Source: an uncultured candidate division Zixibacteria bacterium (GTDB lineage Bacteria > Zixibacteria > MSB-5A5 > UBA10806 > 4484-95). Taken from it: 64,000 nt of DNA. How positions within the stretch are numbered: position 1 is the first letter of the stretch; every line of letters begins with the position of its first letter. Both the position numbers and the translations under genes were made by a program. The stretch is taken from NCBI GenBank assembly GCA_963668625.2, contig CAXXKA010000008.1:384001-448000 (forward strand), written 5' to 3'. This document shows, piece by piece, positions 1 through 9,725 of this stretch. Under the pieces are notes generated by a model. It was given only the letters and a program-made list of their open reading frames with translations, was not told where the DNA came from and made no database searches.

Positions 1-205
1 CAAAACCGTTCTGTTGTCTTATTTATTAGAGATTTCTTGCCGATACCTTATAGAACCATGATAGTGAAATTACGAACTTAATTGAGTAACTAATCATGGA
101 GTTTAGCCTTATTCACTTAGTGTATGGGGGAATTATTATGATTGGTATCTATATTGTTAGGTTTCCAGGCTACTGCCCTGATATATATTTAGGAGAACAT
201 AGCCA

Positions 206-1495
206 ATGAAGTTTAAAAATAACGGATCGCCAAATATAAATCAACAGCATGATATTTTGGATGAGGCCAAGAAGTTATTAAACAATCCCGCCGCTATTCT
301 TGATAATATAATGGCATCAATGGGGGATGGCCTCAGTATCCAGGACCTGAACATGCGAATCATCTATCAGAACAAATTCATGATCGATAACTTCGGATCT
401 CATATCGGCGACTATTGTTATAATATCTACGAAAAAAGAAACTCGATATGTAAAGGTTGCCCTATCGCTCAGGCATATCGAACCGGAAAGGTGACAAAGG
501 CATTAAGGGTAGGGATCACGAAAGAAGGTTTCCCCTTCCGATTCGAAAATATTGCATCGGTTCTTCGAAACGAGCAAGGCGAAATAGTAGCGGGAATCGA
601 GCTGTGTAGAATCGTCGAGGAACGGGAAAAGGCATTCGATGCCCTGAGAGAAGCAATGGACACCCTGAAACAAACACAGCATCAACTCGTTCGAGCGGAA
701 AAGCTGGCGGGAATAGGCCAGCTTGCCGCGGGAATAGCTCATGAGATTAATAACCCAACTGCATTCATTTTAAGCAACCTCTCTGCTATTCGAAAATACG
801 TAGTTAAATTCTTCAGCTATATCGATTCGATGGAGGCGCTGGTTAAAAACCACGAACAAAATAATTCGCAACCGCAAGAGATTCAAAAAGATGTATGGCA
901 GATTATCAATAGCGATGATTATCGTTACCTGAAAAACGATCTTCCTGAAGTCATAGAGGAATCATTGGACGGCTTACACCGAATTAAAACCATTGTTTCA
1001 AGCTTACTATCGTTTGCGACCTCCAGGGAAGGAGATCGTAGTATTGTTGATATTAATGATGAGATAGAATCGGCGCTAAGACTGGTTATCGAGGAAATCG
1101 ACAAACATAATGCGCAGGTAGTAAAAATACTTGGAGATTTGCCGAAAACCTCTGGCAATCCCAAGCAATTGCGACAAATGTTCGTTAACCTAATCCTAAA
1201 CGCTAACCAGGCGATAGAACCCGGTGGTACAATTACCATAAAATCCGAAATGATAAACAATAATATCAGTATCGAAATATCAGATACCGGTGTAGGCGTA
1301 CCGGAAAATGTTATTAAAAATATTTTCAATCCGTTTTATACCACGCAGGATGTTGGCGAGGGCGTGGGATTAGGATTATCAATCGCGTATCGCATTATCG
1401 AAAGCCATAACGGCAACATTGATATACAAAGCCAACCCGGACAGGGTACCACATTCACGATCAGATTGCCGATTATCTCTGAGGATGAAACATAA
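206..1495 (+). CDS. PAS-domain sensor histidine kinase (NtrB-like HisKA + HATPase)
   Basis: H-box AHEINNP, N-box NLILNA, G1 DTGVG, F-box FNPFYTT, G2 GVGLGL; N-terminal PAS with CYxxxxxxxxxCxxCP motif; RBS aggaga. Confidence 0.93.
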   Translation: MKFKNNGSPNINQQHDILDEAKKLLNNPAAILDNIMASMGDGLSIQDLNMRIIYQNKFMIDNFGSHIGDYCYNIYEKRNSICKGCPIAQAYRTGKVTKALRVGITKEGFPFRFENIASVLRNEQGEIVAGIELCRIVEEREKAFDALREAMDTLKQTQHQLVRAEKLAGIGQLAAGIAHEINNPTAFILSNLSAIRKYVVKFFSYIDSMEALVKNHEQNNSQPQEIQKDVWQIINSDDYRYLKNDLPEVIEESLDGLHRIKTIVSSLLSFATSREGDRSIVDINDEIESALRLVIEEIDKHNAQVVKILGDLPKTSGNPKQLRQMFVNLILNANQAIEPGGTITIKSEMINNNISIEISDTGVGVPENVIKNIFNPFYTTQDVGEGVGLGLSIAYRIIESHNGNIDIQSQPGQGTTFTIRLPIISEDET

Positions 1496-1684
1496 AATAT
1501 ACAGGCCGCTCGAATTCAATTCCGCTATAATGTGGCAAATAAATCCCTAACTACCTGTTTTGCTGTCTGTTAGCCAAAATCACAAGCAATATTTATAAAT
1601 CGAGGATCGGGATTAAGTGTAAGGATATATGAAATAGAACAAAATCAGCTTAGCAACATCCATTTGATTTAACATATTTATCAA

Positions 1685-2006
1685 CACTACTGTCCGGCCT
1701 TTCCATCTCGTTGCGAAGTGCTGGATATTATGAAAAAGCCCTTGCTAAATAGACGAGGTGTTAGGAATCATTTCCTGACACCTGATTTCAGGCGGTATGT
1801 CGCCGGGCAAGGATGAACAAAGAACTTCGCCCGCCCGGCGACGCATGAGACAGTCGTTTTCAACAACCCCAGCGCTTGGAAACCAGGGTAACATCGGCAG
1901 GATATTTCAGGATAGAAGCCAAGCGATATCATGTATCGGGAAATAGCTTTCGCCTACAGTTCCAGGGAGAAATTAAAAATTAACAGAGGTACACCCGGCG
2001 CTAGTG
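1685..2006. mobile_element. IS4-derived MITE copy 1, carrying a nested second element
   Basis: Ends cactactgtccgg...cccggcgctagtg resemble the IS4 TIRs at 51282/52547; perfect 9-bp direct repeat atttatcaa at 1676-1684 and 2007-2015. Confidence 0.9.
1723..1870. repeat. Nested small element with ..tgaaaa / ttttcaacaacccc ends and internal hairpins
   Basis: Absent from MITE copies at 50772 and 57720; its reverse complement shares gtcgNcgggcggNcgaaNtNctttgttcatcctt with 53599-53635. Confidence 0.65.
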
Positions 2007-2156
2007 ATTTATCAACTAAATATTTTTTCCCACAACTAAATACGAATACTCACGTAATAAAATCTGTAGGCAAATTTGAATATTGGTTGTGTTTTGATGT
2101 TTGTTAGCGTATTCAATTCTATTAACATTTTACTATATCACAAAAGGAGCTGATTT

Positions 2157-3449
2157 ATGAAGCGATACGTAATGGCTGTTGTCCTCCTGCTACTGATTTC
2201 CTCGATCGGTTATTCCGCCGACTGGCAAATTACCGAGCTGGATAACGGCCTCAGAGTGATGATTTTAGAGAACCACCAGGTGCCGCAGGTGAATATCTCT
2301 ACCGCAATTGGCGTGGGCGCTAAAAACGAATCTGATTATTTCGATGGCGCGACTCACTTGTTGGAGCATCTGATACTTTTCCGAGGCACGGAGGAGATGA
2401 CCGGCGAGGAGCTGGGCGAGGCGATGACCAAACACGGCGCTTATTTCAACGGCTACACCTCATCCGACTGGACCGATTTCGTGATATCCCTACCGAAAGA
2501 GAATCTCGATTTCGCGTTGAAAATCCACTCTGATATGCTGTTCAGATCGAATTTTCCCAAAGATGAGATGGACAAAGAGCGTCAGGCGGTACTCGAGGAA
2601 ATCAATATCTCGAAAGACAGCCCGTTCTCCAACGCCTACAGGGCAAGTGTGAAAGAGCTGTTCGGCGATCATCCGTATTCCAAGGATGTCCTGGGGCCGA
2701 AAGAGAACGTGAGGGACATTCCCCGAGATTCGGTATACGCTTATTACAAACGCTATTACGCGCCCAACAATATGTCGATGGCCATAGTGGGGGATTTCGA
2801 CGCCGCCAAGGCTCTCGAACTGGTGGAAAAGTATTTCGGCGATTTTCCCCGTGGCGAGGATGTCGTTGACAATTATAAAAAGCCGCCGGTGCATAAAAAG
2901 ATAACAGAAATCGAACTCAAACAGGATGTCGCCCAATCGTATCTTCTGATGAGTTCCATCGGCCCGAAAATCGACAGCCCCGATCAATTCTCAATGGATT
3001 TGATTGCCACCATACTCGGCGACGGCGAATCGAGCCGTTTCTGGAAGAAACTCAGGGAGGAGCTGGGCCTGGTTTATTCAACCAGTTTCAATTTCTACAC
3101 GAAAAAGTATGAGGGTATGATGTTCGCGTTCGCTACGCTCGATCAGACTAATATCATACCGGTAGAGAACGCCATCAACGATATTTTGAACGATGTCAAA
3201 GCCAACGGTTTCACCGAGCGTGAACTTCGCAAAGCTAAAAACCAGATCAAAACCAACTACTACACCTCAAAAGAGCGCGGCCTCGATTTAGCCGACAGCT
3301 ACGCCCAGTATAATTCGTTCTACGGCTACGAGTTCGTCCGCGATTATCCACGAGAAATAGAAAGCGTGACCCTGGACGATTTAAACGCGGCGGCATTGAA
3401 ATACTTGAACACCGACTCCTATGTCAAAACCACGGTGGTACCTAAATGA
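2157..3449 (+). CDS. M16B zinc protease, catalytic subunit (secreted)
   Basis: Inverted zincin HLLEH, NGYTS, 'YY.PNNM..AIVGD' M16 motifs; N-terminal signal peptide. Confidence 0.92.
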   Translation: MKRYVMAVVLLLLISSIGYSADWQITELDNGLRVMILENHQVPQVNISTAIGVGAKNESDYFDGATHLLEHLILFRGTEEMTGEELGEAMTKHGAYFNGYTSSDWTDFVISLPKENLDFALKIHSDMLFRSNFPKDEMDKERQAVLEEINISKDSPFSNAYRASVKELFGDHPYSKDVLGPKENVRDIPRDSVYAYYKRYYAPNNMSMAIVGDFDAAKALELVEKYFGDFPRGEDVVDNYKKPPVHKKITEIELKQDVAQSYLLMSSIGPKIDSPDQFSMDLIATILGDGESSRFWKKLREELGLVYSTSFNFYTKKYEGMMFAFATLDQTNIIPVENAINDILNDVKANGFTERELRKAKNQIKTNYYTSKERGLDLADSYAQYNSFYGYEFVRDYPREIESVTLDDLNAAALKYLNTDSYVKTTVVPK

Positions 3450-4768
3450 AAACAAACAGAATAACCATATCGATACTAATTTTGGTCGCCATGATATTAT
3501 CCCTTAGCTGCGGCCAAAAAGCTGGCCCGGTAACATTAGGCGGTGACGGCTACGGCAAAACGGTTCTTCCAAATGGCGTAACAGTGCTCGTTAATCATGA
3601 TAACACGACGCAGCTATCCTCGGTGAGATTCCTTTTCGCAGGCGGTGTGCTTACCGAAAACTCCGACAATAACGGTATCACGAATCTGACAACGAATATG
3701 CTTCTAAAAGGAAACAGTACCATGAGCGCCGCCGAGATTAGCGAGGAGCTTGATTTTCTTGGCTCCAGTGTTCAGCTCTATGCGTTCCGTGATTACTCCG
3801 TTATATCGTTTACCTCTCTTACCGAAAATTTCGACAGGGCGCTGGAGATAATTACCCAATCGATAGCCTCACCCGCTTTTCCTGAGGAGGAGCTGGAAAA
3901 GTTTAAACATCAGGTGACAGGCCAGATAAAAGCAGCCAATGATAATCAATCACAAGCATCATCCGACCTTTACTGGAAAACAGCCTACGGCGATCAGGGC
4001 TACGGTCTGCCCACGATCGGTACGGAGGAATCTATCGCCAATATTACCACCACGGATATTAAAGCTCATTACGATAAATACTACGGTGGCGGGAATATCT
4101 ATTTCTCCATAGCCACCGATTTACCAATAGAAAAAACAAACGCTCTGATCGAAAAATATATCGCCGTTATTAAGACCGAGGTCGAACCGATTCCGACTCC
4201 CTCATTAGCTTTGCAAGATAACAAAACGGGATTCATACCATTCGATCGCAACCAGTCGTTTATCTATACAGGCGTCTTGCTCGATCCCATGAGCAAAGAG
4301 CAAGCTCCCTACCTGGCGCTTCTGAACGAGATAATGGGCAGCGGTGTCAGTTCGCGCCTGTGGTACCTTCGCCAGAGAGAGAAATTAGCTTACGCCGTTT
4401 ACACCCAATATTTCACCGATAAATACGACGCGTCTTTCAGATCGGCTATCGGTACGGATACCAGTAAGGTGAAACTTGCATTAAGCTCGCTTGATAGGGA
4501 ATGGGCAAAACTCGTGAGCGATGGTATAACTGAGAACGAACTTGTCGATGCCAGAATCAACATGAAAAACTCGATGGTCTTTCGTATCGATAAAAAACAG
4601 AACCGTGCCAATTACATGGCCTATTTCGACTACATGGGCCTTGGCTATCGTTACCCGCTCGAGTCGATAAACATGGCTAAAAACATTACTACAGACCAGA
4701 TCAATCAATTCCTTAAAGCTAATTTCACCGATGATCGTCGGTTTACCTCGGTAGTCGGCAAGATGTAG
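3446..4768 (+). CDS. M16B protease non-catalytic partner subunit (lipoprotein)
   Basis: M16 motifs (LPNG.TV, SSRLW..RQREKLAY); HXXEH replaced by NLTTN; lipobox LSLSC; ATGA overlap with upstream gene. Confidence 0.88.
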   Translation: MKTNRITISILILVAMILSLSCGQKAGPVTLGGDGYGKTVLPNGVTVLVNHDNTTQLSSVRFLFAGGVLTENSDNNGITNLTTNMLLKGNSTMSAAEISEELDFLGSSVQLYAFRDYSVISFTSLTENFDRALEIITQSIASPAFPEEELEKFKHQVTGQIKAANDNQSQASSDLYWKTAYGDQGYGLPTIGTEESIANITTTDIKAHYDKYYGGGNIYFSIATDLPIEKTNALIEKYIAVIKTEVEPIPTPSLALQDNKTGFIPFDRNQSFIYTGVLLDPMSKEQAPYLALLNEIMGSGVSSRLWYLRQREKLAYAVYTQYFTDKYDASFRSAIGTDTSKVKLALSSLDREWAKLVSDGITENELVDARINMKNSMVFRIDKKQNRANYMAYFDYMGLGYRYPLESINMAKNITTDQINQFLKANFTDDRRFTSVVGKM

Positions 4769-4803
4769 TACATATTAAGACTTGCTTTAAAGTCATTTCA
4801 CGG

Positions 4804-4833
4804 CGGGGTTGTGTAATAGCAGCCCCGTTTTTT
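4804..4833 (+). terminator. Rho-independent terminator of M16 operon
   Basis: cggggttg...cagccccg stem followed by T run. Confidence 0.8.
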
Positions 4834-5345
4834 ATTTCCAGCTCGCTCGAGTAGCCTGACCCGACAGCATAACACCACCGGGCCGTATTAGCTTTTATTA
4901 ATTGATTATAAAATTACTAACCTATTGCTAACAAACAACTCACTACCATTAACCGGTAGGATACGTCCCCTGCCTCACGCGCTAAAGGTTGATATCTATC
5001 GCCAATTGTAAGCTCACCGCCATTAACAGGAGAGGTTAGCCTTACGCAATGCCGAATGGTAATCTGAAATTTCCTATAGACATCTACATATTGGTATAAT
5101 ATTATTCCAAAAGCATTTCAAATACGTTACCAGGTTTTGGGCTGTTGGAAAAGCTCTTTGCTATAGAAAAACAAACACCGGCCGTAGGGGCACGACATAC
5201 CGGCCATCACCGGCTGGGACTTCATGCTTAAAGCGTAAGTCAGATAAATTGTTTTTTCGATAGTTCCCCCCAACCGTAACGTTTCGCACCGGGATATAAA
5301 GCTCAACTCATCACCGAAAACCGCAATTACAGCGGTGTCTTCTCC

Positions 5346-7121
5346 GTGTGTCCCGGCATCCTATACTTGATATTTAAAACTCACCTTAAGCAACGGAGGT
5401 GTGCCATAGCCAGCATACGAAACAAACGGACCTACACGCTACTCGATAGCCTTGATCAGCTCAAAACGAGTTTCGGATCAAAGCCGGCAAGAGACAAAAC
5501 CGCGATTGTTAAAGTGCTCGCAAAGCGGGATATTACCGATGTCAACGAGCTCGAGCGTTATCACGATATACTGTGTTTCCTGCGCGCCTATCCCGATAAC
5601 GCCGGCTTTCTGAAACTGGTCGAGCATGAGCTGGGTAATTTCAGGAATCGGATAGAAACCTATAAGCTGGACTCGGGTGATATGGAGGCTGAGTACCTGG
5701 CCGATACCGGCATAGTGGGCTCCGGCTTGAGTCACACGTTCAGTTTCGAACTGACAGTCTCGTTATCGGAATGGTTCGGTAACCGGGTGGAGATAGACTG
5801 GGAGCAATATTACGAAAGCGAGAACGACACGATCTCGGCGTTTCTACCGCTGATAGTATCGTACCAGGAGAACGACACGCTCGATAACGACCTGGAAACC
5901 GCTACCCGCGAGTGGTTGAATATCGCCGGTAGCGCTAAGGATAAAACCGAGCTGGCCATACTTCTCAAGATGATACGAACTTCCGGTCTGCCGCGAGCGG
6001 TGCAACGCCACCTGTTCGAGAACGCCGAGATAGCAATACGCTGGAACCTGACAGACTGCCCGGCCTCGCGGACATTGAAACGAATACCATTCGGCAAGCG
6101 TTTCTATCAGTCCAGGCCGATGATCGGCCGCACACCTGACCTTCGCGCGAGATTGAAACAGAGTGCCCCGAAACTAAGCAAGCTATCATACGCTGAAGGC
6201 AGTAAGTATGTCCGTCACATACGGGAGGTGCTTGGCGTTAGATGCCGCGAGTTATACCCGCTCATCCACTCTGACCACCGCGAGGTTTACACCTACGAGC
6301 CCGGCCGCGGCCTGCAGCTCGTGGTGCTCGGCGATATTGTCGATATACGCCTGCCGCTCGAGTCGAATTTCGGCGCCATGCTCATTCGCAACGGCATGCC
6401 GGTCGGTTACGGTATCGGCTGTATGCTGTTTGACCGGGTGGAGATCGCGATAAACATATTCCCGGCCTATCGCACCGGCGAGTCCTCGTTCATCATCGAG
6501 GAGTTCTTCCGTCTGTTCTACGCTCATTTCGGCGCGCGGGTGCTTCTGGTACGCGCCTATCAGGTAGGGGATGAGAACAACATGGAGGCGCTCGAGTCCG
6601 GCTCGTTCTGGTTCTACTACAAGCTGGGGTTCCGTCCCGTGAAAAAAAGCGTGCGCGAGCTGGCCGCTAAAGAGTACGAGAAGATAAAATCGAGAAAGGG
6701 CTACCGCACGCCGCTTGCCACACTAAAGCGTCTTGCCAAAAGCGATATATTCTTTCATATCGATCCCGGCAAGATGGACAGTTTCGAGGAGCTATCGCTT
6801 ATCGATCTCGGCTACACTGTCACAAAATATATAGCGAGCAAGCACGACGGCGACCGCAAACAGGCCACGGACAGATCGGCGGCACGGACAATCAAGCGTC
6901 TCGGCATAAGGGATATCAAAAGCTGGACTGATGATGAGCTAACCTCACTGCGCCGCCTGTCCCCGCTGATGGACTGCATAAAGGGGATAGACAGTTGGAG
7001 CGCGAAAGAGAAAACCGACCTGGCAAAGATAATCCGCGCCAAAGGCTCCGCCAGCCAGAGGCGGTACACGCTGCTGTGTAATAGGCATGGGCGGTTTAGG
7101 GGGGTGTTGGAGAATCTATAA
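5346..7121 (+). CDS. Large hypothetical protein with GNAT-like C-terminal motif (likely start near 5406)
   Basis: 591-codon ORF; NxxAxxxxxFWFYYKLGF resembles GNAT motif B; strong SD GGAGGT precedes in-frame ATA at 5406. Confidence 0.75.
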   Translation: MCPGILYLIFKTHLKQRRCAIASIRNKRTYTLLDSLDQLKTSFGSKPARDKTAIVKVLAKRDITDVNELERYHDILCFLRAYPDNAGFLKLVEHELGNFRNRIETYKLDSGDMEAEYLADTGIVGSGLSHTFSFELTVSLSEWFGNRVEIDWEQYYESENDTISAFLPLIVSYQENDTLDNDLETATREWLNIAGSAKDKTELAILLKMIRTSGLPRAVQRHLFENAEIAIRWNLTDCPASRTLKRIPFGKRFYQSRPMIGRTPDLRARLKQSAPKLSKLSYAEGSKYVRHIREVLGVRCRELYPLIHSDHREVYTYEPGRGLQLVVLGDIVDIRLPLESNFGAMLIRNGMPVGYGIGCMLFDRVEIAINIFPAYRTGESSFIIEEFFRLFYAHFGARVLLVRAYQVGDENNMEALESGSFWFYYKLGFRPVKKSVRELAAKEYEKIKSRKGYRTPLATLKRLAKSDIFFHIDPGKMDSFEELSLIDLGYTVTKYIASKHDGDRKQATDRSAARTIKRLGIRDIKSWTDDELTSLRRLSPLMDCIKGIDSWSAKEKTDLAKIIRAKGSASQRRYTLLCNRHGRFRGVLENL

Positions 7122-7278
7122 ATACAACCATAATAGGGCGCATAACCCATTATTTAATTTGGCGTATCTCGTTATATTTTATTACTTTATGGAAATTCAA
7201 TAAGCAGATTGTATTATCAATCATTCATCAGTATTTACAGAATAAAAACCAATTTTTGTTGATAAGTTGTTAAATAAG

Positions 7279-7316
7279 TGTTGACAAAATGTATATAAAA
7301 TATAATATTGTAAACA
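7279..7316 (+). promoter_or_regulatory. Promoter and putative autoregulatory operator of XRE-IrrE/MazF operon
   Basis: TTGACA at 7281 within imperfect inverted repeat tgttgacaa...ttgtaaaca. Confidence 0.55.
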
Positions 7317-7354
7317 TACAGGATAGTGCCGATATTACAATCAAGGAAAATACA

Positions 7355-8554
7355 ATGATTGGGCAAAAAATTAAACAGGCTAGATTAGCATCGGGTTATA
7401 CTCTTCAAAAGCTAGTTGAGTTATTAGGTAAGAATGGTTTAGAAATAACAAGAGCCGGCTTATCTAATTACGAAAATAATAAAAGATATCCTAAACCTTC
7501 CGCTATTTTAAAATTAGCAAAAGCATTAAATGTAAAACCTAGTTTTTTTGTTAAGGAAAGTAATTCAATAATAGAATGGAAATCTTTTAGAAAGCATTCC
7601 CGTTTAGGAAAACATCAACAAGAACAAATACAAGCTCAAGCGCAGAGCAGTATTGAAAACCATGTTTATCTTTATAATTTATTATACCCTTCAAAGGAAA
7701 TTGGTTTTGGAAAACCTAAGCGAATAAAAAGTATTAATGATATAGAAAATAAAGCCATAGAGCTTAGGAAAAAATGGAAATTAGGATTAAATCCTATTGA
7801 AAGCATGACTCAAATACTTGAAGATAATGGTGGAATAATACTTGAACAGGAAACTGATAATTCTGATTTTGATGGATTATCTGGAATAGCAAATAATGTG
7901 TTTCCTGTTATTATAAGAAAAAATGAAGCTGCAATCGATAGAGCGAGATTTAACCTAGCGCATGAATTGGGGCACCTTTATCTTGAAGGGGAAGAACTTA
8001 GCGCAAAAGAAGAAGAAAGATTTGCCAATAGGTTTGCTAGTTCCTTTTTAGTGCCGAAGCAAATGGTCTATAATGAACTTGGCGAGAAACGCAATTCGAT
8101 AAGTTTAGAAGAATTGGCTATACTAAAGAGAAAGTATGGCATGAGTATGCAAGCCTGGATTTATCGTGCTCATGAGCTTGGTGTTATTAGCGATAGCTTA
8201 TATAGAAAGATTTGTATTAGTTTCAATTCAAGAGGTTGGAAGAAAAAAGAACCTGGTGAATATAAAGGTGAAGAGAAAGCGACAAAGCTGAGGCAAATGG
8301 TTCTTAGGGCTCTTTCGGAAAGTATAATTACCCCTATTAAAGCAAATGAAATTATACCAAATATTGTTAAAGAAGATCGGAAGAATTTGGATAGAAATAA
8401 AATGCTCGCTTCAAAACTTCTAGAAATGCCTAAGGATAAACGGTCTAAAATTCTTGAAAAAGCTATACTTATAGCACACGAAAACGAACTCTTTGATGAA
8501 GAGTTAATTGATAATGATATTGTAGATTTATATGATTCAAAAAAGCTCACTTAA
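7355..8554 (+). CDS. XRE-family HTH + ImmA/IrrE metallopeptidase fusion
   Basis: N-terminal HTH (IKQARLASGYTLQKL...LSNYENN), RARFNLAHELGH, EERFANRFASSFLVP; ATG at 7355 after aagga. Confidence 0.92.
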   Translation: MIGQKIKQARLASGYTLQKLVELLGKNGLEITRAGLSNYENNKRYPKPSAILKLAKALNVKPSFFVKESNSIIEWKSFRKHSRLGKHQQEQIQAQAQSSIENHVYLYNLLYPSKEIGFGKPKRIKSINDIENKAIELRKKWKLGLNPIESMTQILEDNGGIILEQETDNSDFDGLSGIANNVFPVIIRKNEAAIDRARFNLAHELGHLYLEGEELSAKEEERFANRFASSFLVPKQMVYNELGEKRNSISLEELAILKRKYGMSMQAWIYRAHELGVISDSLYRKICISFNSRGWKKKEPGEYKGEEKATKLRQMVLRALSESIITPIKANEIIPNIVKEDRKNLDRNKMLASKLLEMPKDKRSKILEKAILIAHENELFDEELIDNDIVDLYDSKKLT

Positions 8555-8897
8555 AAGAGGCGAGATTTGGTTAGTTAACTTCGATCCATCAATTGGATCA
8601 GAGATTAAAAAATCAAGACCTGCGGCAATTATTACTTCCGATGTTTTGATAGGTTCAAATAAATTACCAAATCAAATTGTTGTGCCGCTACGTAGTTGGA
8701 AAGCAGAATTCGATGAAATTCCCTGGTATATTACTATTACGAAATCTAAGTTAAATAATTTAAGTAATGATTCTATAGCTGATACTACTCAAATCAAATC
8801 TATATCCAACAAACGATTTGTTCATAAAATTGGTGATCTAGATAGTCAATTATTAGAGGAAATCATTGCAGGCGTGCTGCTTTGTATAGATTCTTAA
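8532..8897 (+). CDS. mazF: PemK/MazF family toxin (endoribonuclease)
   Basis: KRGEIWLVNFDPSIGSEIKKSRPA signature; QIKSISNKRF; overlaps upstream gene. Confidence 0.92.
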   Translation: MIQKSSLKRGEIWLVNFDPSIGSEIKKSRPAAIITSDVLIGSNKLPNQIVVPLRSWKAEFDEIPWYITITKSKLNNLSNDSIADTTQIKSISNKRFVHKIGDLDSQLLEEIIAGVLLCIDS

Positions 8898-8912
8898 ATA
8901 TCTTCCCCCCCC

Positions 8913-9626
8913 CTACAACCCCAACCACATAATCCCCGCACCCGAGGCAAAAATTATGAAGCCTGCCAACGCGTGGCTGTAACGCTCTAGCTTGCCCATC
9001 GGGAGAAGACTGTAGCCTTTCGATACCAGCAGGACTATGGCTGTCATGGTGGAGATCGTGACAAGCGCGAATACGCCGGCTACCAGCATCATGGCGCCCC
9101 AACTGCTTTGCGAGGCCGGGTACATCAGGGTAGGGATAAGCGGCTCGCACGGCCCGAATACGAATATCAGGAACAACACCCAGGGAGTGATATTGACCTT
9201 GCCGGTTGTCTCGTGCACATGCGCGTGCTCCTCGTGATGAGAGTGTTCGTGCTCGTGGGAGACGCCGTTACTGTGGAAATGCGTATGGGTGTGCGGCTTG
9301 TTCTTTATCGCGCGGCGGACACCCCAGGCGAAATACAGTAGCCCGAAACCGATAAACATCCACGCCGCCAGGTCACCGCGCACCGACTCGAACGCCTCGA
9401 GCTTACCAACAGCTATCCCCAGCGCCACACCTAAAAGCCCCAGCACGACCGAGCCGAGCACATGCCCGATACCACAGAGCACGGTGATAACGGTGGTCTT
9501 CGCCATCGACCAGTTACGGGCTTTGGAGATTACTATAAACGGCAGGTAATGATCGGGGCCCATCAGGGTATGCAAAAAGCCGATAGAGGCGGCGGTCAGC
9601 AGAAGTATCGATATTTCCTCGGGCAT
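8913..9626 (-). CDS. His-rich nickel/cobalt transporter (RcnA/UreH/DsbD_2-like)
   Basis: HTLMGPDHY, GIGHVLGS, HTHTHFH...HEHEHSHHEEHAH loop, FGPCEPL; multiple TM helices; likely ATG at 9626. Confidence 0.85.
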   Translation of the reverse strand: MPEEISILLLTAASIGFLHTLMGPDHYLPFIVISKARNWSMAKTTVITVLCGIGHVLGSVVLGLLGVALGIAVGKLEAFESVRGDLAAWMFIGFGLLYFAWGVRRAIKNKPHTHTHFHSNGVSHEHEHSHHEEHAHVHETTGKVNITPWVLFLIFVFGPCEPLIPTLMYPASQSSWGAMMLVAGVFALVTISTMTAIVLLVSKGYSLLPMGKLERYSHALAGFIIFASGAGIMWLGL

Positions 9627-9725
9627 AATTAAATCCTTTTCGTTAATATGAATCGATAGCTTTATTACGAAGTCCCACAAAGGAAGTTCAAGAGAATTTT
9701 AGATGATCGTAAAAACTGGTAATAA

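Noticed and set aside
3446-4768. Inactive M16 subunit as a novelty
   Set aside because: Active/inactive M16B heterodimers are well established
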